The notes below the pieces were generated by a model. It was given only the letters and a program-made list of their open reading frames with translations, was not told the DNA's origin and did not search any database. From Bacteroidota bacterium (GTDB lineage Bacteria; Bacteroidota; Bacteroidia; Chitinophagales; Chitinophagaceae): 64,000 nt of DNA. The stretch is from positions 16,689-80,688 of the forward strand of contig JAHEFI010000047.1 in assembly GCA_024640255.1 (NCBI GenBank). The letters are read 5' to 3'. The stretch's first letter is position 1, and every line of letters begins with the position of its first letter. This document shows, one piece after another, positions 19,044-28,334 of this stretch. The position numbers and the translations under genes were made by a program.

Positions 19044-19925
19044 ATGAGTCAGCATACAAATTATTCTATTAAAGTAGATCAGTTCGAAGGTCCTTTTGAT
19101 CTATTGTTGTTTTTTATTGAGCGTGACGAAATGGATATTTACAATATTCAGATCACTAAAATCATCAAAGACTTTTTGGATTTTATACATCAACAAGAGA
19201 AGTTGAACATTGAATTAAGTAGTGAATTTATTTTATTTGTTTCTACATTAATGCGTATTAAGGCAAAATTATTATTGCCAAGAAAAGAAATAGATGCTGC
19301 AGGAAATGAGATTGATCCAAGACAAGAATTGATAGATAAAATTTTAGAGTACAAGCGTTATAAAGAAGCAGCCACTCAAATGGCCGATTTAGAGCAATTG
19401 AGAATGTTGATGGTGAAGAGAGGAAATATCCAACAAGAAATGTCATTGGTGGGTGAAGAAGCGGCGGAAGGAACAGAATTGCAAACCGTTACTTTATTCA
19501 AATTGATGAAGTCTTTTGAAAAAGTAATGTTGCGTTTACAAGATCGTCAAACTGCGAAACCTGTGCATACAGTGGTTAGATACAACTATACCATGGAAGG
19601 TAGCAGGGAGTATTTATTGGATCAAATACAAAAAGAAAAGACGGTGGCTTTTGAAAAAGTATTTGATATCTGTCAAGACAGAGTACATGCATTATTTTTA
19701 TTCTTATCTATACTTGAATTAGCTCAACAAAAATATATGAAGTTATTAGTGGGCGAGGGTCGCAATAACTTTATCATTGAGTGGAATGAAAATAGAGAAG
19801 ATGATTTAGAGCCAGGACATGTGGATACCTTTGATTCTTACGAAACTAAAATGGATTTAGATGCATTTAAAGATGATGAGCCTACTTTGTCTGGAGAGGG
19901 TGATTTTGATCCTAGCTTAAACTAA
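19044..19925 (+). CDS. scpA: Segregation/condensation protein A (kleisin)
   Basis: FEGPFDLLL, K.K.LLP, DPRQEL and FLSILEL motifs. Confidence 0.93.
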   Translation: MSQHTNYSIKVDQFEGPFDLLLFFIERDEMDIYNIQITKIIKDFLDFIHQQEKLNIELSSEFILFVSTLMRIKAKLLLPRKEIDAAGNEIDPRQELIDKILEYKRYKEAATQMADLEQLRMLMVKRGNIQQEMSLVGEEAAEGTELQTVTLFKLMKSFEKVMLRLQDRQTAKPVHTVVRYNYTMEGSREYLLDQIQKEKTVAFEKVFDICQDRVHALFLFLSILELAQQKYMKLLVGEGRNNFIIEWNENREDDLEPGHVDTFDSYETKMDLDAFKDDEPTLSGEGDFDPSLN

Positions 19926-21838
19926 GCAAATTCTTTTTGTCCCATTAAAGCTTTTACAGCTTCTGCAATAGCTTGAGCGTCGTAATGACATTCTTGGTGT
20001 AATTCTTTTAAGCTTCCATGTTCTACAATCGTATCTGGAATACCTAATATTATTACTTGAGCTTTGTAACCATGTTCGTTCATGAATTCTAAAATAGCAG
20101 AACCAAATCCGCCTACTACTGTTGCGTCTTCCACCGTTACAATCTTTGAGTAGTTTTGAAATACCTCATGTAATAATGCTTCATCCAATGGTTTTACAAA
20201 ACGAATATCATAATGTGCTGGATCTAATCCTTCTGATCTTAAATTTCTAATAGCAGTTTGTGCAAAGTTTCCTGGATGACCAAAACTTAAAATAGCCACT
20301 TCTTTTCCGTCTTTTAATTTACGGCCTTTTCCAATTTCCACTTTTTCCATTGGCTTTTTCCAATCCACTTGCACCCCTTCACCTCTTGGGTATCTTAACA
20401 CAACAGGTAAATTGGTTTCAGGTAATTGTGCAGTGTACATTAAATTTCGCAACTCAGATTCATTCATAGGAGCAGCGATAATCATATTGGGAATACATCT
20501 AAAGAAAGCAATATCATAACAACCATGATGGGTAGGTCCGTCTTCTCCCACTAAACCAGCACGGTCTAAACAAAACACCACTGGTAATTTTTGCAATGCC
20601 ACATCATGTATCACTTGATCATAAGCGCGTTGCATAAAAGAAGAATAAATATTACAAAATACTTTTAATCCTTGTGTAGCTAATCCTGCACTTAAAGTAA
20701 CAGCGTGTTGTTCGCAAATGCCCACATCAAAAGCCCTGTGTGGCATAGCGTCCATCATGAATTTTAAAGAAGAACCACTAGGCATAGCTGGTGTTACACC
20801 CATGATCATTGGATTCACTTCTGCTAATTCAACAATGGTATGTCCAAAAACATCTTGGTATTTAGGAGGCTGAGGCGTATCAATTTTTTTCTTGATAATC
20901 TCGCCTGTTAATTTATCAAACAAACCTGGCGCATGCCACTTGGTTTGATCTTTTTCAGCTTGTGCGTATCCTTTTCCTTTCACAGTAGAAATATGCAAAA
21001 TCTTAGGACCTGGCATTTCTCTTAAGTCTCTAAGGGTATCCACTAACTTAGTAATATTATGACCATCAATAGGTCCAAAATACCTTAATCCTAAAGCTTC
21101 AAATAAATTACTACTCTTGGAAACCATTCCTTTTAATCCAGCTTCTACTTTAGAAGCCATTTCTCTAGTAAATGTTTTTCCAATAGGTAATTTGCCCATT
21201 AGTTCCCAAAGCTCATCTCTCACTTTATTATAAGTTGGAGAAGTGCTAATATCAGTTAAGTATTCTTTGAGCGCACCCACATTTGGGTCGATGCTCATAC
21301 AGTTATCGTTTAAAATAATAAGCACATCACTATCCGCCACACCAGCATGGTTCATTGCCTCGAATGCCATACCAGCTGTCATTGATCCGTCACCAATAAT
21401 GGCCACTGATTTTCTGTCTTCTCCTTTGTACTTGGCAGCCATAGACATTCCTAATGCTGCAGAAATAGAAGTGGAAGAATGACCAACACCAAAAGTGTCA
21501 TACTCGCTTTCGCTTCTTTTAGGGAAGCCACTTAAACCCTTGTATTTTCTGTTAGTGCTAAATTGATCTCTTCTGCCCGTTAAAATTTTATGTCCATAAG
21601 CTTGGTGACCTACGTCCCATACCAATTGATCATAAGGGGTATTGTACACATAATGCAAGGCAACACTTAATTCAACCACCCCCAGGCTAGAGGCAAAATG
21701 ACCCCCATGCACACTCACAACGTCAATAATATATTGGCGAAGTTCGTCGCAAACCTGGTGCAATTTTTCTCTAGAAACCTTTTTTAGGTCTTCAGGAGAA
21801 TTAATGTTTTTTAATAATGGTCCAGCCTCAAAATGCAT
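19922..21838 (-). CDS. dxs: 1-deoxy-D-xylulose-5-phosphate synthase
   Basis: WDVGHQAYGHK, GHSSTSISA, GDGSMTAGMAFEA and DRAGLVGEDGPTH motifs. Confidence 0.97.
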   Translation of the reverse strand: MHFEAGPLLKNINSPEDLKKVSREKLHQVCDELRQYIIDVVSVHGGHFASSLGVVELSVALHYVYNTPYDQLVWDVGHQAYGHKILTGRRDQFSTNRKYKGLSGFPKRSESEYDTFGVGHSSTSISAALGMSMAAKYKGEDRKSVAIIGDGSMTAGMAFEAMNHAGVADSDVLIILNDNCMSIDPNVGALKEYLTDISTSPTYNKVRDELWELMGKLPIGKTFTREMASKVEAGLKGMVSKSSNLFEALGLRYFGPIDGHNITKLVDTLRDLREMPGPKILHISTVKGKGYAQAEKDQTKWHAPGLFDKLTGEIIKKKIDTPQPPKYQDVFGHTIVELAEVNPMIMGVTPAMPSGSSLKFMMDAMPHRAFDVGICEQHAVTLSAGLATQGLKVFCNIYSSFMQRAYDQVIHDVALQKLPVVFCLDRAGLVGEDGPTHHGCYDIAFFRCIPNMIIAAPMNESELRNLMYTAQLPETNLPVVLRYPRGEGVQVDWKKPMEKVEIGKGRKLKDGKEVAILSFGHPGNFAQTAIRNLRSEGLDPAHYDIRFVKPLDEALLHEVFQNYSKIVTVEDATVVGGFGSAILEFMNEHGYKAQVIILGIPDTIVEHGSLKELHQECHYDAQAIAEAVKALMGQKEFA

Positions 21839-21988
21839 TCAAAACAATTGTAATGTAAAAGTAAGTTAATAACACTTAAAAAGCGTAAAAGTTTAGGCCA
21901 ATATGGGCATTTGCCGAATAGCCAAGTATTTTACCCCTTATCCTAAAATAGGACAATTTTGATAGCCTTTTAGGTAAATTTGAGGTAG

Positions 21989-23095
21989 ATGTTACAAAAG
22001 AGATCATATTATTGGATTTGTCAGATTGGAGGATGGCTTAGCTATGCGCTAACTGTTTTGTTTTTCTCTTATGTTTTGCAAAGAGAATTGAATGTTTTAT
22101 TTATCCAAAGAATTTTAATTGGGGTTAGCTTAGGTATTATTGTTTCCCACTTATTGAGAAAATCTATCATTCAATCCAAATTAAGACCACCCACTCCAGC
22201 CAATCAATGGTGGAAGATTGTTGTTTTGATTATTGTTTTTACAGGATTATATAGTTTCATCAATAGTACTTTGGTAGAGCTTTTTAAATTATATGATTTT
22301 AGAAGAGAGAGAACTGGTGAAGTGAATACGCCATTTATATTTTCATGGAACCATATTTTTGCGAGTTGGAATTGGGAGAGAGTTGGTAAAAGATTTTTAT
22401 TTAGCATTTTTTTAGATACACCTATTTTCTTAGTGTGGTTATCAGTCTATGTTCTATGGCATTATATAGAATTTGCCAATGCGGAAGCTTTGAAAAAAGT
22501 GAAGCTGGAATCCTTGATTAAAGAATTGGAATTAAAGACTATCAAATCACAGATCAATCCTCATTTTATTTTTAATGCCCTAAATAGTATTCGAGCATTG
22601 GTAGATGAAGATCCTGAGCGTGCAAGAAAAGCAATTACCGAATTGAGTAATATTTTGAGAAGTAGTATTCAGGTAGATAAAGTAGAAATTACTTCTTTGC
22701 AAAAAGAATTAGCTATTGTAAAAGATTATTTAGCATTAGAGTATATCAGGTTTGCAGATAGATTAAAAGTAGAATACGAAATTGAAGATGCTACTTTGCA
22801 CTTCGCTATACCTCCTATGATGTTGCAAACCTTGGTAGAGAACGCTATTAAACATGGTTTGAGTAAACAGCCAGGAGATTGTTTGATTAAGATTACTGCC
22901 AAAATAAACGCTAATAAATTAGATCTAGTAGTTCAGAATACAGGCATTTTACAAGCTAAAGAAAATGATGGTTTTGGATTACAAAGTACAAGAGATCGAT
23001 TAAATATTTTATATGGAGGAGAAGCCGAGTTTAGCATTTATCAATGCCAGCCAACAATGGTGACTGCTAAATTAACCATACCCATTCAACATTAA
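21989..23095 (+). CDS. LytS/YehU-type membrane histidine kinase
   Basis: SQINPHFIFNALNSI, LQTLVENAIKHG and GFGL motifs; TM N-terminus. Confidence 0.93.
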   Translation: MLQKRSYYWICQIGGWLSYALTVLFFSYVLQRELNVLFIQRILIGVSLGIIVSHLLRKSIIQSKLRPPTPANQWWKIVVLIIVFTGLYSFINSTLVELFKLYDFRRERTGEVNTPFIFSWNHIFASWNWERVGKRFLFSIFLDTPIFLVWLSVYVLWHYIEFANAEALKKVKLESLIKELELKTIKSQINPHFIFNALNSIRALVDEDPERARKAITELSNILRSSIQVDKVEITSLQKELAIVKDYLALEYIRFADRLKVEYEIEDATLHFAIPPMMLQTLVENAIKHGLSKQPGDCLIKITAKINANKLDLVVQNTGILQAKENDGFGLQSTRDRLNILYGGEAEFSIYQCQPTMVTAKLTIPIQH

Positions 23096-23105
23096 TTTTT
23101 GAGTT

Positions 23106-23837
23106 ATGCCAATCAAAGCAATGATTATTGACGATGAAAGATTAGCAAGAAATGAGCTAAAAAAATTATTACTGCAACATCCAGAAATTAATATTATTGA
23201 TGAAGCAAGTAGTGTGGATGAGGGAATTGAAAAAATCGATTTGGCTCATCCAGATTTAATTTTTTTAGATATTCAAATGCCTGGTAAAACTGGTTTTGAT
23301 TTATTGGCAGAATTGGAAAAAGCACCAAGAGTCATTTTTACAACAGCTTATGATGAATTTGCATTAAAAGCATTTGAAGTAAATGCATTGGATTATTTAT
23401 TAAAGCCTATTGATCCTCAAAGATTGGCAGACGCTATTCAAAAATTACAAACCGAAATAGCCCTTGAACAAGCAAGTTTAATGGGCGTGAACAGAGGTCC
23501 TTTATCTGAATCTGATCAGGTATTTGTAAAAGATGGAGAGCGTTGTTGGTTTGTGAAATTAGCAGATATCAGGTTGTTTGAAAGTGTAGGCAATTACGCG
23601 AAAGTTTATTTTGATACCAACAAGCCATTGATTTTAAAATCACTTAATGCTTTGGAAGATAGATTAGATGAGCGTGTGTTTTTTAGAGCCAATAGAAAAC
23701 ATATTATCAATCTTCATTGGATTGAAAAAATTGAACCCTTCTTTAATGGCGGGCTTTTAGTAGAATTAAAAGGAGGAGAGAAGATTGAGATTAGTCGTCG
23801 CCAATCTGTTAAGTTCAAAGAAATGATGAGCTTCTAG
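23106..23837 (+). CDS. LytTR response regulator
   Basis: IIDDE, FLDIQMP and DYLLKP receiver motifs; FFRANRKHIIN LytTR domain. Confidence 0.95.
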   Translation: MPIKAMIIDDERLARNELKKLLLQHPEINIIDEASSVDEGIEKIDLAHPDLIFLDIQMPGKTGFDLLAELEKAPRVIFTTAYDEFALKAFEVNALDYLLKPIDPQRLADAIQKLQTEIALEQASLMGVNRGPLSESDQVFVKDGERCWFVKLADIRLFESVGNYAKVYFDTNKPLILKSLNALEDRLDERVFFRANRKHIINLHWIEKIEPFFNGGLLVELKGGEKIEISRRQSVKFKEMMSF

Positions 23838-23841
23838 TGTA

Positions 23842-24591
23842 TTAAGCGTTTAAGCTATGAACTGCATTAGCAATGGCTTCAATTAAGCTAGGTTCTTTTT
23901 CTACCGCATTTCCTACAACAATAATATCAGCGCCTGCTTGGCAATTTTCTTTTGCTTTCTCTGCACTTGTAATACCGCCACCAATAACTAGTGGCACTTT
24001 AATATGTTTGGAAACTTGCTGAATCATTTCATAAGAGATAGGGGTTTTAGCACCACTACCCGCATCCATATAAATTAATTTCAAGCCAAGCATTTCACCA
24101 GCCATAGCTGTACAAACTGCAATATCTTTTTTATTAGAAGGTATAGGATGTGTATTAGAAATATAAGAAACAGTGGTAGGGCTTCCTCCATCAATTAACA
24201 TATAACCAACGGGTATAATTTCCAATCCGCTTTGCTTCACAAATGGGGCACTTACTACATGGTGGCCAATGAGTAATTCAGGGTTTCTTCCAGAGATCAA
24301 AGAAAGGTATAATAAGGCATCTGCTTTAGGGGTGATTTGATCTGGAGAACCAGGAAATAAAATTACAGGAATACTGCAATGTTGTTTGATGGTAGCCACC
24401 ATTGTATCTAATGTGTCAGTAACTACTAAACTACCCCCCACGAAAATATAATCTACCTTTGCTTTTACAGCTAATTGAATAGTCTCTAATAAAGAAGTTT
24501 CATTCAATTTATCTGGATCTATTAATACCGCAAAAGCTTTCTTAGATTGCTCTTTCCCCGCACTGATCAAATCATACAATTTCTTAGCCAT
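23842..24591 (-). CDS. Geranylgeranylglyceryl-phosphate synthase family protein (group II)
   Basis: AVLIDPDK, VGGS, LFPG, SLISGRNP, YMDAGSGA and GGGI motifs; ATG at 24591. Confidence 0.9.
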   Translation of the reverse strand: MAKKLYDLISAGKEQSKKAFAVLIDPDKLNETSLLETIQLAVKAKVDYIFVGGSLVVTDTLDTMVATIKQHCSIPVILFPGSPDQITPKADALLYLSLISGRNPELLIGHHVVSAPFVKQSGLEIIPVGYMLIDGGSPTTVSYISNTHPIPSNKKDIAVCTAMAGEMLGLKLIYMDAGSGAKTPISYEMIQQVSKHIKVPLVIGGGITSAEKAKENCQAGADIIVVGNAVEKEPSLIEAIANAVHSLNA

Positions 24592-24695
24592 GCCCAAAAA
24601 TATCCATTTTTATCGTATCTCCTATAGCCCACCCTCTATTATTACAAAAAATATTGATATTCCAAGGTTTTTTTTTCTAAGAAACTAACATTACG

Positions 24696-24771
24696 TGGGG
24701 ATAAATCATGGAATTCAATGGGAATATGGGGTTTGTAATAATTCACATTCCTTATCCACAGCTGTTAATAT
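24696..24771. promoter_or_regulatory. Cluster of DnaA-box-like sites upstream of nrdJ
   Basis: Perfect TTATCCACA at 24752-24760; TGGGGATAA (reverse complement TTATCCCCA) at 24696-24704; weaker TAATTCACA and TGTTAATAT flank the perfect box. Confidence 0.6.
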
Positions 24772-24878
24772 TTCGGGTGCTGAAATATGACAAGAGAAGA
24801 ATATTTTCGTCTACCCATCAAGGTTTTTGAAAAACCTAGTGGGAGACATAACCAACACCCAAAAAATAGAATACGACC

Positions 24879-27800
24879 ATGGCTACTCCAAAAACAAAAA
24901 AAGGCTTACAATTTAAGCGCCGCTTTACAAAAGAAAATGTTTCTCCTTACGATCAATTTGAGTACGACTACAGAGATAGCGTAATCAAAAATCCAAATGG
25001 TGAAAAAGTATTTGAAATGACCAATGTGGAAGTTCCAAAACAATGGAGCCAGATTGCGACAGATATCTTAGCACAAAAATATTTTAGAAAAGCTGGTGTA
25101 CCACAAGCTGATGGTTCTTTGGGTAGAGAAACTACAGTGAAACAAGTTGCACATCGTATGGCAAATTGTTGGAGAGTATGGGGTGAGCGTTATGGTTATT
25201 TTGCAACAGAGAAAGATGCACAAGTATTCTATGAAGAATTAGTATATAGTATTTTAAACCAAGCTTGTGTGCCTAACTCGCCACAATGGTTTAACACTGG
25301 TTTACACGAGAGCTATGGTATCACGGGTGGTGCACAAGGTCACTATTATGTAGATCCAATTGATGGTCAATTAAAAAAATCAACAAGTGCATACGAGCGT
25401 CCTCAACCGCACGCATGTTTTATCTTAAGTGTGAGTGATGATTTAGTGAACGAAGGTGGTATCATGGATTTATGGACAAGAGAAGCAAGAATTTTTAAAT
25501 ATGGTTCTGGTGTAGGAACTAACTTCTCTCAAATCAGAGGAGCAAATGAAAAATTAAGTGGTGGTGGTTCTTCAAGTGGTTTAATGAGCTTCTTGAAAAT
25601 TGGTGACCGCGCTGCTGGTGCAATTAAGTCTGGTGGTACAACAAGAAGAGCAGCTAAAATGGTTTGCTTGGATTTAGATCACCCAGAAGTATTGGAATTC
25701 ATTAACTGGAAAGTACAAGAAGAAGATAAAGTAGCTGCATTGGTAGCAGCTGGTTATGATAATAGTTATGAAGGTGAAGCTTATGCAACTGTATCTGGTC
25801 AAAACTCTAATAACTCAGTTCGTATTCCTAATAGCTTCTTCAAAGCATTATCTGAAAATGGTAACTGGGAATTAAAAGCAAGAACAGATGGTCGTGTAAT
25901 GAAATCAGTTCCTGCAAGAGAAGTATGGGAGCAAATCGCTAACGCTGCATGGCGTTGTGCAGATCCAGGTACACAATATGATACTACAATCAACGAATGG
26001 CATACATGTCCAAAAGGTGGTAGAATCAATGCATCTAACCCATGTTCTGAATACATGTTCTTAGATAACACTGCATGTAACTTGGCTTCTATCAACTTGA
26101 GAAAATTCTTCAACGAATCAGATAACAGTTTTGATGTTGAAGGATTTGAATATACTACAAGATTATGGCAGACTGTGTTAGAGATCTCTATTTTAATGGC
26201 ACAGTTCCCTTCAAGAGAAGTAGCACAATTGTCTTATGATTACAGAACTACTGGTTTAGGTTTTGCTAACCTTGGTTCAATGTTAATGGTAAGCGGTATT
26301 CCTTATGATAGCGAAGAAGCAAGAGGTATTGCAGGTGCGATCTCTGCGATCATGACAGGTGTTGCTTATAAGACATCTGCTGAGATGGCTGCTTTCTTAG
26401 GGGCTTTTGCTAAGTACGAAGAGAACAAAGAAGATATGTTACGCGTTATGCGCAACCACCGTGCTGCTGCATATGATGCTGAAGATGCTTATGTAGGAAT
26501 TGAAATCAAGCCACAAGGTATTAAAGCACAACATACTCCTGATTATTTATTGAAAGCTGCAACAAAGGCTTGGGATGATGCAGTTCAATTAGGTGAAAAA
26601 TATGGTTATAGAAATGCGCAAACAACAGTAATCGCTCCAACTGGAACAATTGGTTTAGTAATGGATTGCGATACAACTGGTGTGGAGCCTGACTTCGCGT
26701 TAGTGAAGTTTAAGAAATTATCTGGTGGTGGATATTTCAAAATTATCAACCAATCAGTTCCACAAGCATTAAAGAACTTAGGTTATTCTCAAGCAGAAAA
26801 CGATGCGATTGTAAACTTCGCAGTAGGTCATGCAAGCTTTAAAGGTGCTCCTTATATCAATGATGAGTCTTTATTAGCAAAAGGATTTACTCAAGAAGAA
26901 GTAGATAAATTAAATGGTGCTGCTAAATCAGCCTTTGAAATTGGATTCATCTTTAACCGTTTCACTTTAGGTGATGCTTGTTTAACAAGATTAGGATTTA
27001 AAGAAGAAGTATTTGCTGATTGGAGCTTTAACTTATTAGAAGCTTTAGGTTTCACAGAAGATCAAATTGATGCTGCGAACGATTATGTTTGTGGTACAAT
27101 GACTGTAGAAGGCGCTCCAGCATTAAAAGAAGAGCACTTACCAGTATTTGATTGTGCAAACAAAAATGGTAAAAAAGGTAAGCGTTATATCCACGCTCAT
27201 GGTCATATCAGAATGATGGCTGCTTGTCAACCATTCTTATCTGGTGCGATTTCAAAAACTATTAACCTTCCAAACGAAGCAACTGTTGAAGAAATTGCTG
27301 ATTGTTATTTAATGAGCTGGCAGTTAGGTTTAAAAGCAAACGCTTTATATCGTGATGGATCTAAGTTGAGCCAACCATTAAGTACTAAGTCTGATAAGAA
27401 AAAGAAAACAGATGACGCTGAAGCGGAAGCAACAGAAGAAACCGCAGGTTCTCAATTAGTAGATTTAAGCAACTTAACAGTAGATGAATTATTAGAAGAA
27501 GTACAAAAGCGTATGGCTACTTCAACTGATACTAAATTAAAGCGTCAATTATCTCGTATCGTTGAGCGTAAATCTTTACCAGCTAAGCGTCGTGGCTTTA
27601 CACAAAAAGCAAGAATCGGTGGTCAAGTATTATTCTTAAGAACAGGTGAATATGCAGATGGAACTGTTGGTGAATTATTCATCGACTTAGCAAAAGAAGG
27701 TTCTACTTTAAGAAGTTTAATGAACTGCTTTGCTATCTCTATCTCTGTTGGTTTACAATATGGTGTTCCATTAGAAGAGTTCGTAGACAAGTTTGTATTT

Positions 27801-28214
27801 ACCAAATTTGAACCTTCAGGTATGGTAGATCATCCAAATATTAAAACAACAACCTCTATCGTTGACTTTATCTTCCGTTCTTTAGCTTATGAATATTTAG
27901 GCAGAACAGATTTAGTTCATGTATTGGATAAGCCTACAGTAGAAAACTTAGGAGAGGAGGGAGATATTACCCTTGTGGGAAAGCCTGAATTAAGTAGCAT
28001 TCGCGTAACAGCGCCTGCTGCTACACCAGCGCCTGCTGCAAAAGCAAATGTTGCTGCTGCAGTGAACGAAGGTGGTTCAATGGACAATGTAACTGCTGCT
28101 GCAAAGAGCATGCAAAGCGATGCGCCTGCTTGTAGCACTTGTGGTCATATTACCATCCGTAGCGGTACTTGTTATAAGTGCTTGAACTGCGGAACAAGCA
28201 TGGGATGTAGTTAA
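24879..28214 (+). CDS. nrdJ: Adenosylcobalamin-dependent (class II) ribonucleotide reductase
   Basis: PNSPQWFN, PHACFI, catalytic NPCSE, CNLAS, IAPTGTI, AISKTIN and YRDGSK motifs; C-terminal TSCPD-like domain and CxxC..CxxC ribbon. Confidence 0.96.
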   Translation: MATPKTKKGLQFKRRFTKENVSPYDQFEYDYRDSVIKNPNGEKVFEMTNVEVPKQWSQIATDILAQKYFRKAGVPQADGSLGRETTVKQVAHRMANCWRVWGERYGYFATEKDAQVFYEELVYSILNQACVPNSPQWFNTGLHESYGITGGAQGHYYVDPIDGQLKKSTSAYERPQPHACFILSVSDDLVNEGGIMDLWTREARIFKYGSGVGTNFSQIRGANEKLSGGGSSSGLMSFLKIGDRAAGAIKSGGTTRRAAKMVCLDLDHPEVLEFINWKVQEEDKVAALVAAGYDNSYEGEAYATVSGQNSNNSVRIPNSFFKALSENGNWELKARTDGRVMKSVPAREVWEQIANAAWRCADPGTQYDTTINEWHTCPKGGRINASNPCSEYMFLDNTACNLASINLRKFFNESDNSFDVEGFEYTTRLWQTVLEISILMAQFPSREVAQLSYDYRTTGLGFANLGSMLMVSGIPYDSEEARGIAGAISAIMTGVAYKTSAEMAAFLGAFAKYEENKEDMLRVMRNHRAAAYDAEDAYVGIEIKPQGIKAQHTPDYLLKAATKAWDDAVQLGEKYGYRNAQTTVIAPTGTIGLVMDCDTTGVEPDFALVKFKKLSGGGYFKIINQSVPQALKNLGYSQAENDAIVNFAVGHASFKGAPYINDESLLAKGFTQEEVDKLNGAAKSAFEIGFIFNRFTLGDACLTRLGFKEEVFADWSFNLLEALGFTEDQIDAANDYVCGTMTVEGAPALKEEHLPVFDCANKNGKKGKRYIHAHGHIRMMAACQPFLSGAISKTINLPNEATVEEIADCYLMSWQLGLKANALYRDGSKLSQPLSTKSDKKKKTDDAEAEATEETAGSQLVDLSNLTVDELLEEVQKRMATSTDTKLKRQLSRIVERKSLPAKRRGFTQKARIGGQVLFLRTGEYADGTVGELFIDLAKEGSTLRSLMNCFAISISVGLQYGVPLEEFVDKFVFTKFEPSGMVDHPNIKTTTSIVDFIFRSLAYEYLGRTDLVHVLDKPTVENLGEEGDITLVGKPELSSIRVTAPAATPAPAAKANVAAAVNEGGSMDNVTAAAKSMQSDAPACSTCGHITIRSGTCYKCLNCGTSMGCS

Positions 28215-28238
28215 TTTTTTCCGTACCCTATATATTAC

Positions 28239-28270
28239 AGGACCACTCCTCACAGAGTGGTCCTTTTTTT
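28239..28270 (+). terminator. Intrinsic terminator after nrdJ
   Basis: AGGACCACTC-ctcaca-GAGTGGTCCT followed by a T-run. Confidence 0.9.
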
Positions 28271-28334
28271 ATATTTGAATCGATATTTTCACTAAATTCA
28301 TTCTTTAAAATTATCACGAGAAAACGATTGCCTT

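Noticed and set aside
24603-24878. Cobalamin riboswitch, NrdR boxes or oriC upstream of nrdJ
   Set aside because: No B12-box or conserved GGGAA..ACTG core and no convincing tandem NrdR palindromes were found. There is only one perfect DnaA box and no evident DnaA-trio run or origin-linked genes. oriC is not formally excluded without skew data.
24879-28214. Intein or intron in the 1111-aa NrdJ
   Set aside because: No intein splice-junction or LAGLIDADG motifs were seen. The length is explained by the usual insert and C-terminal domains.
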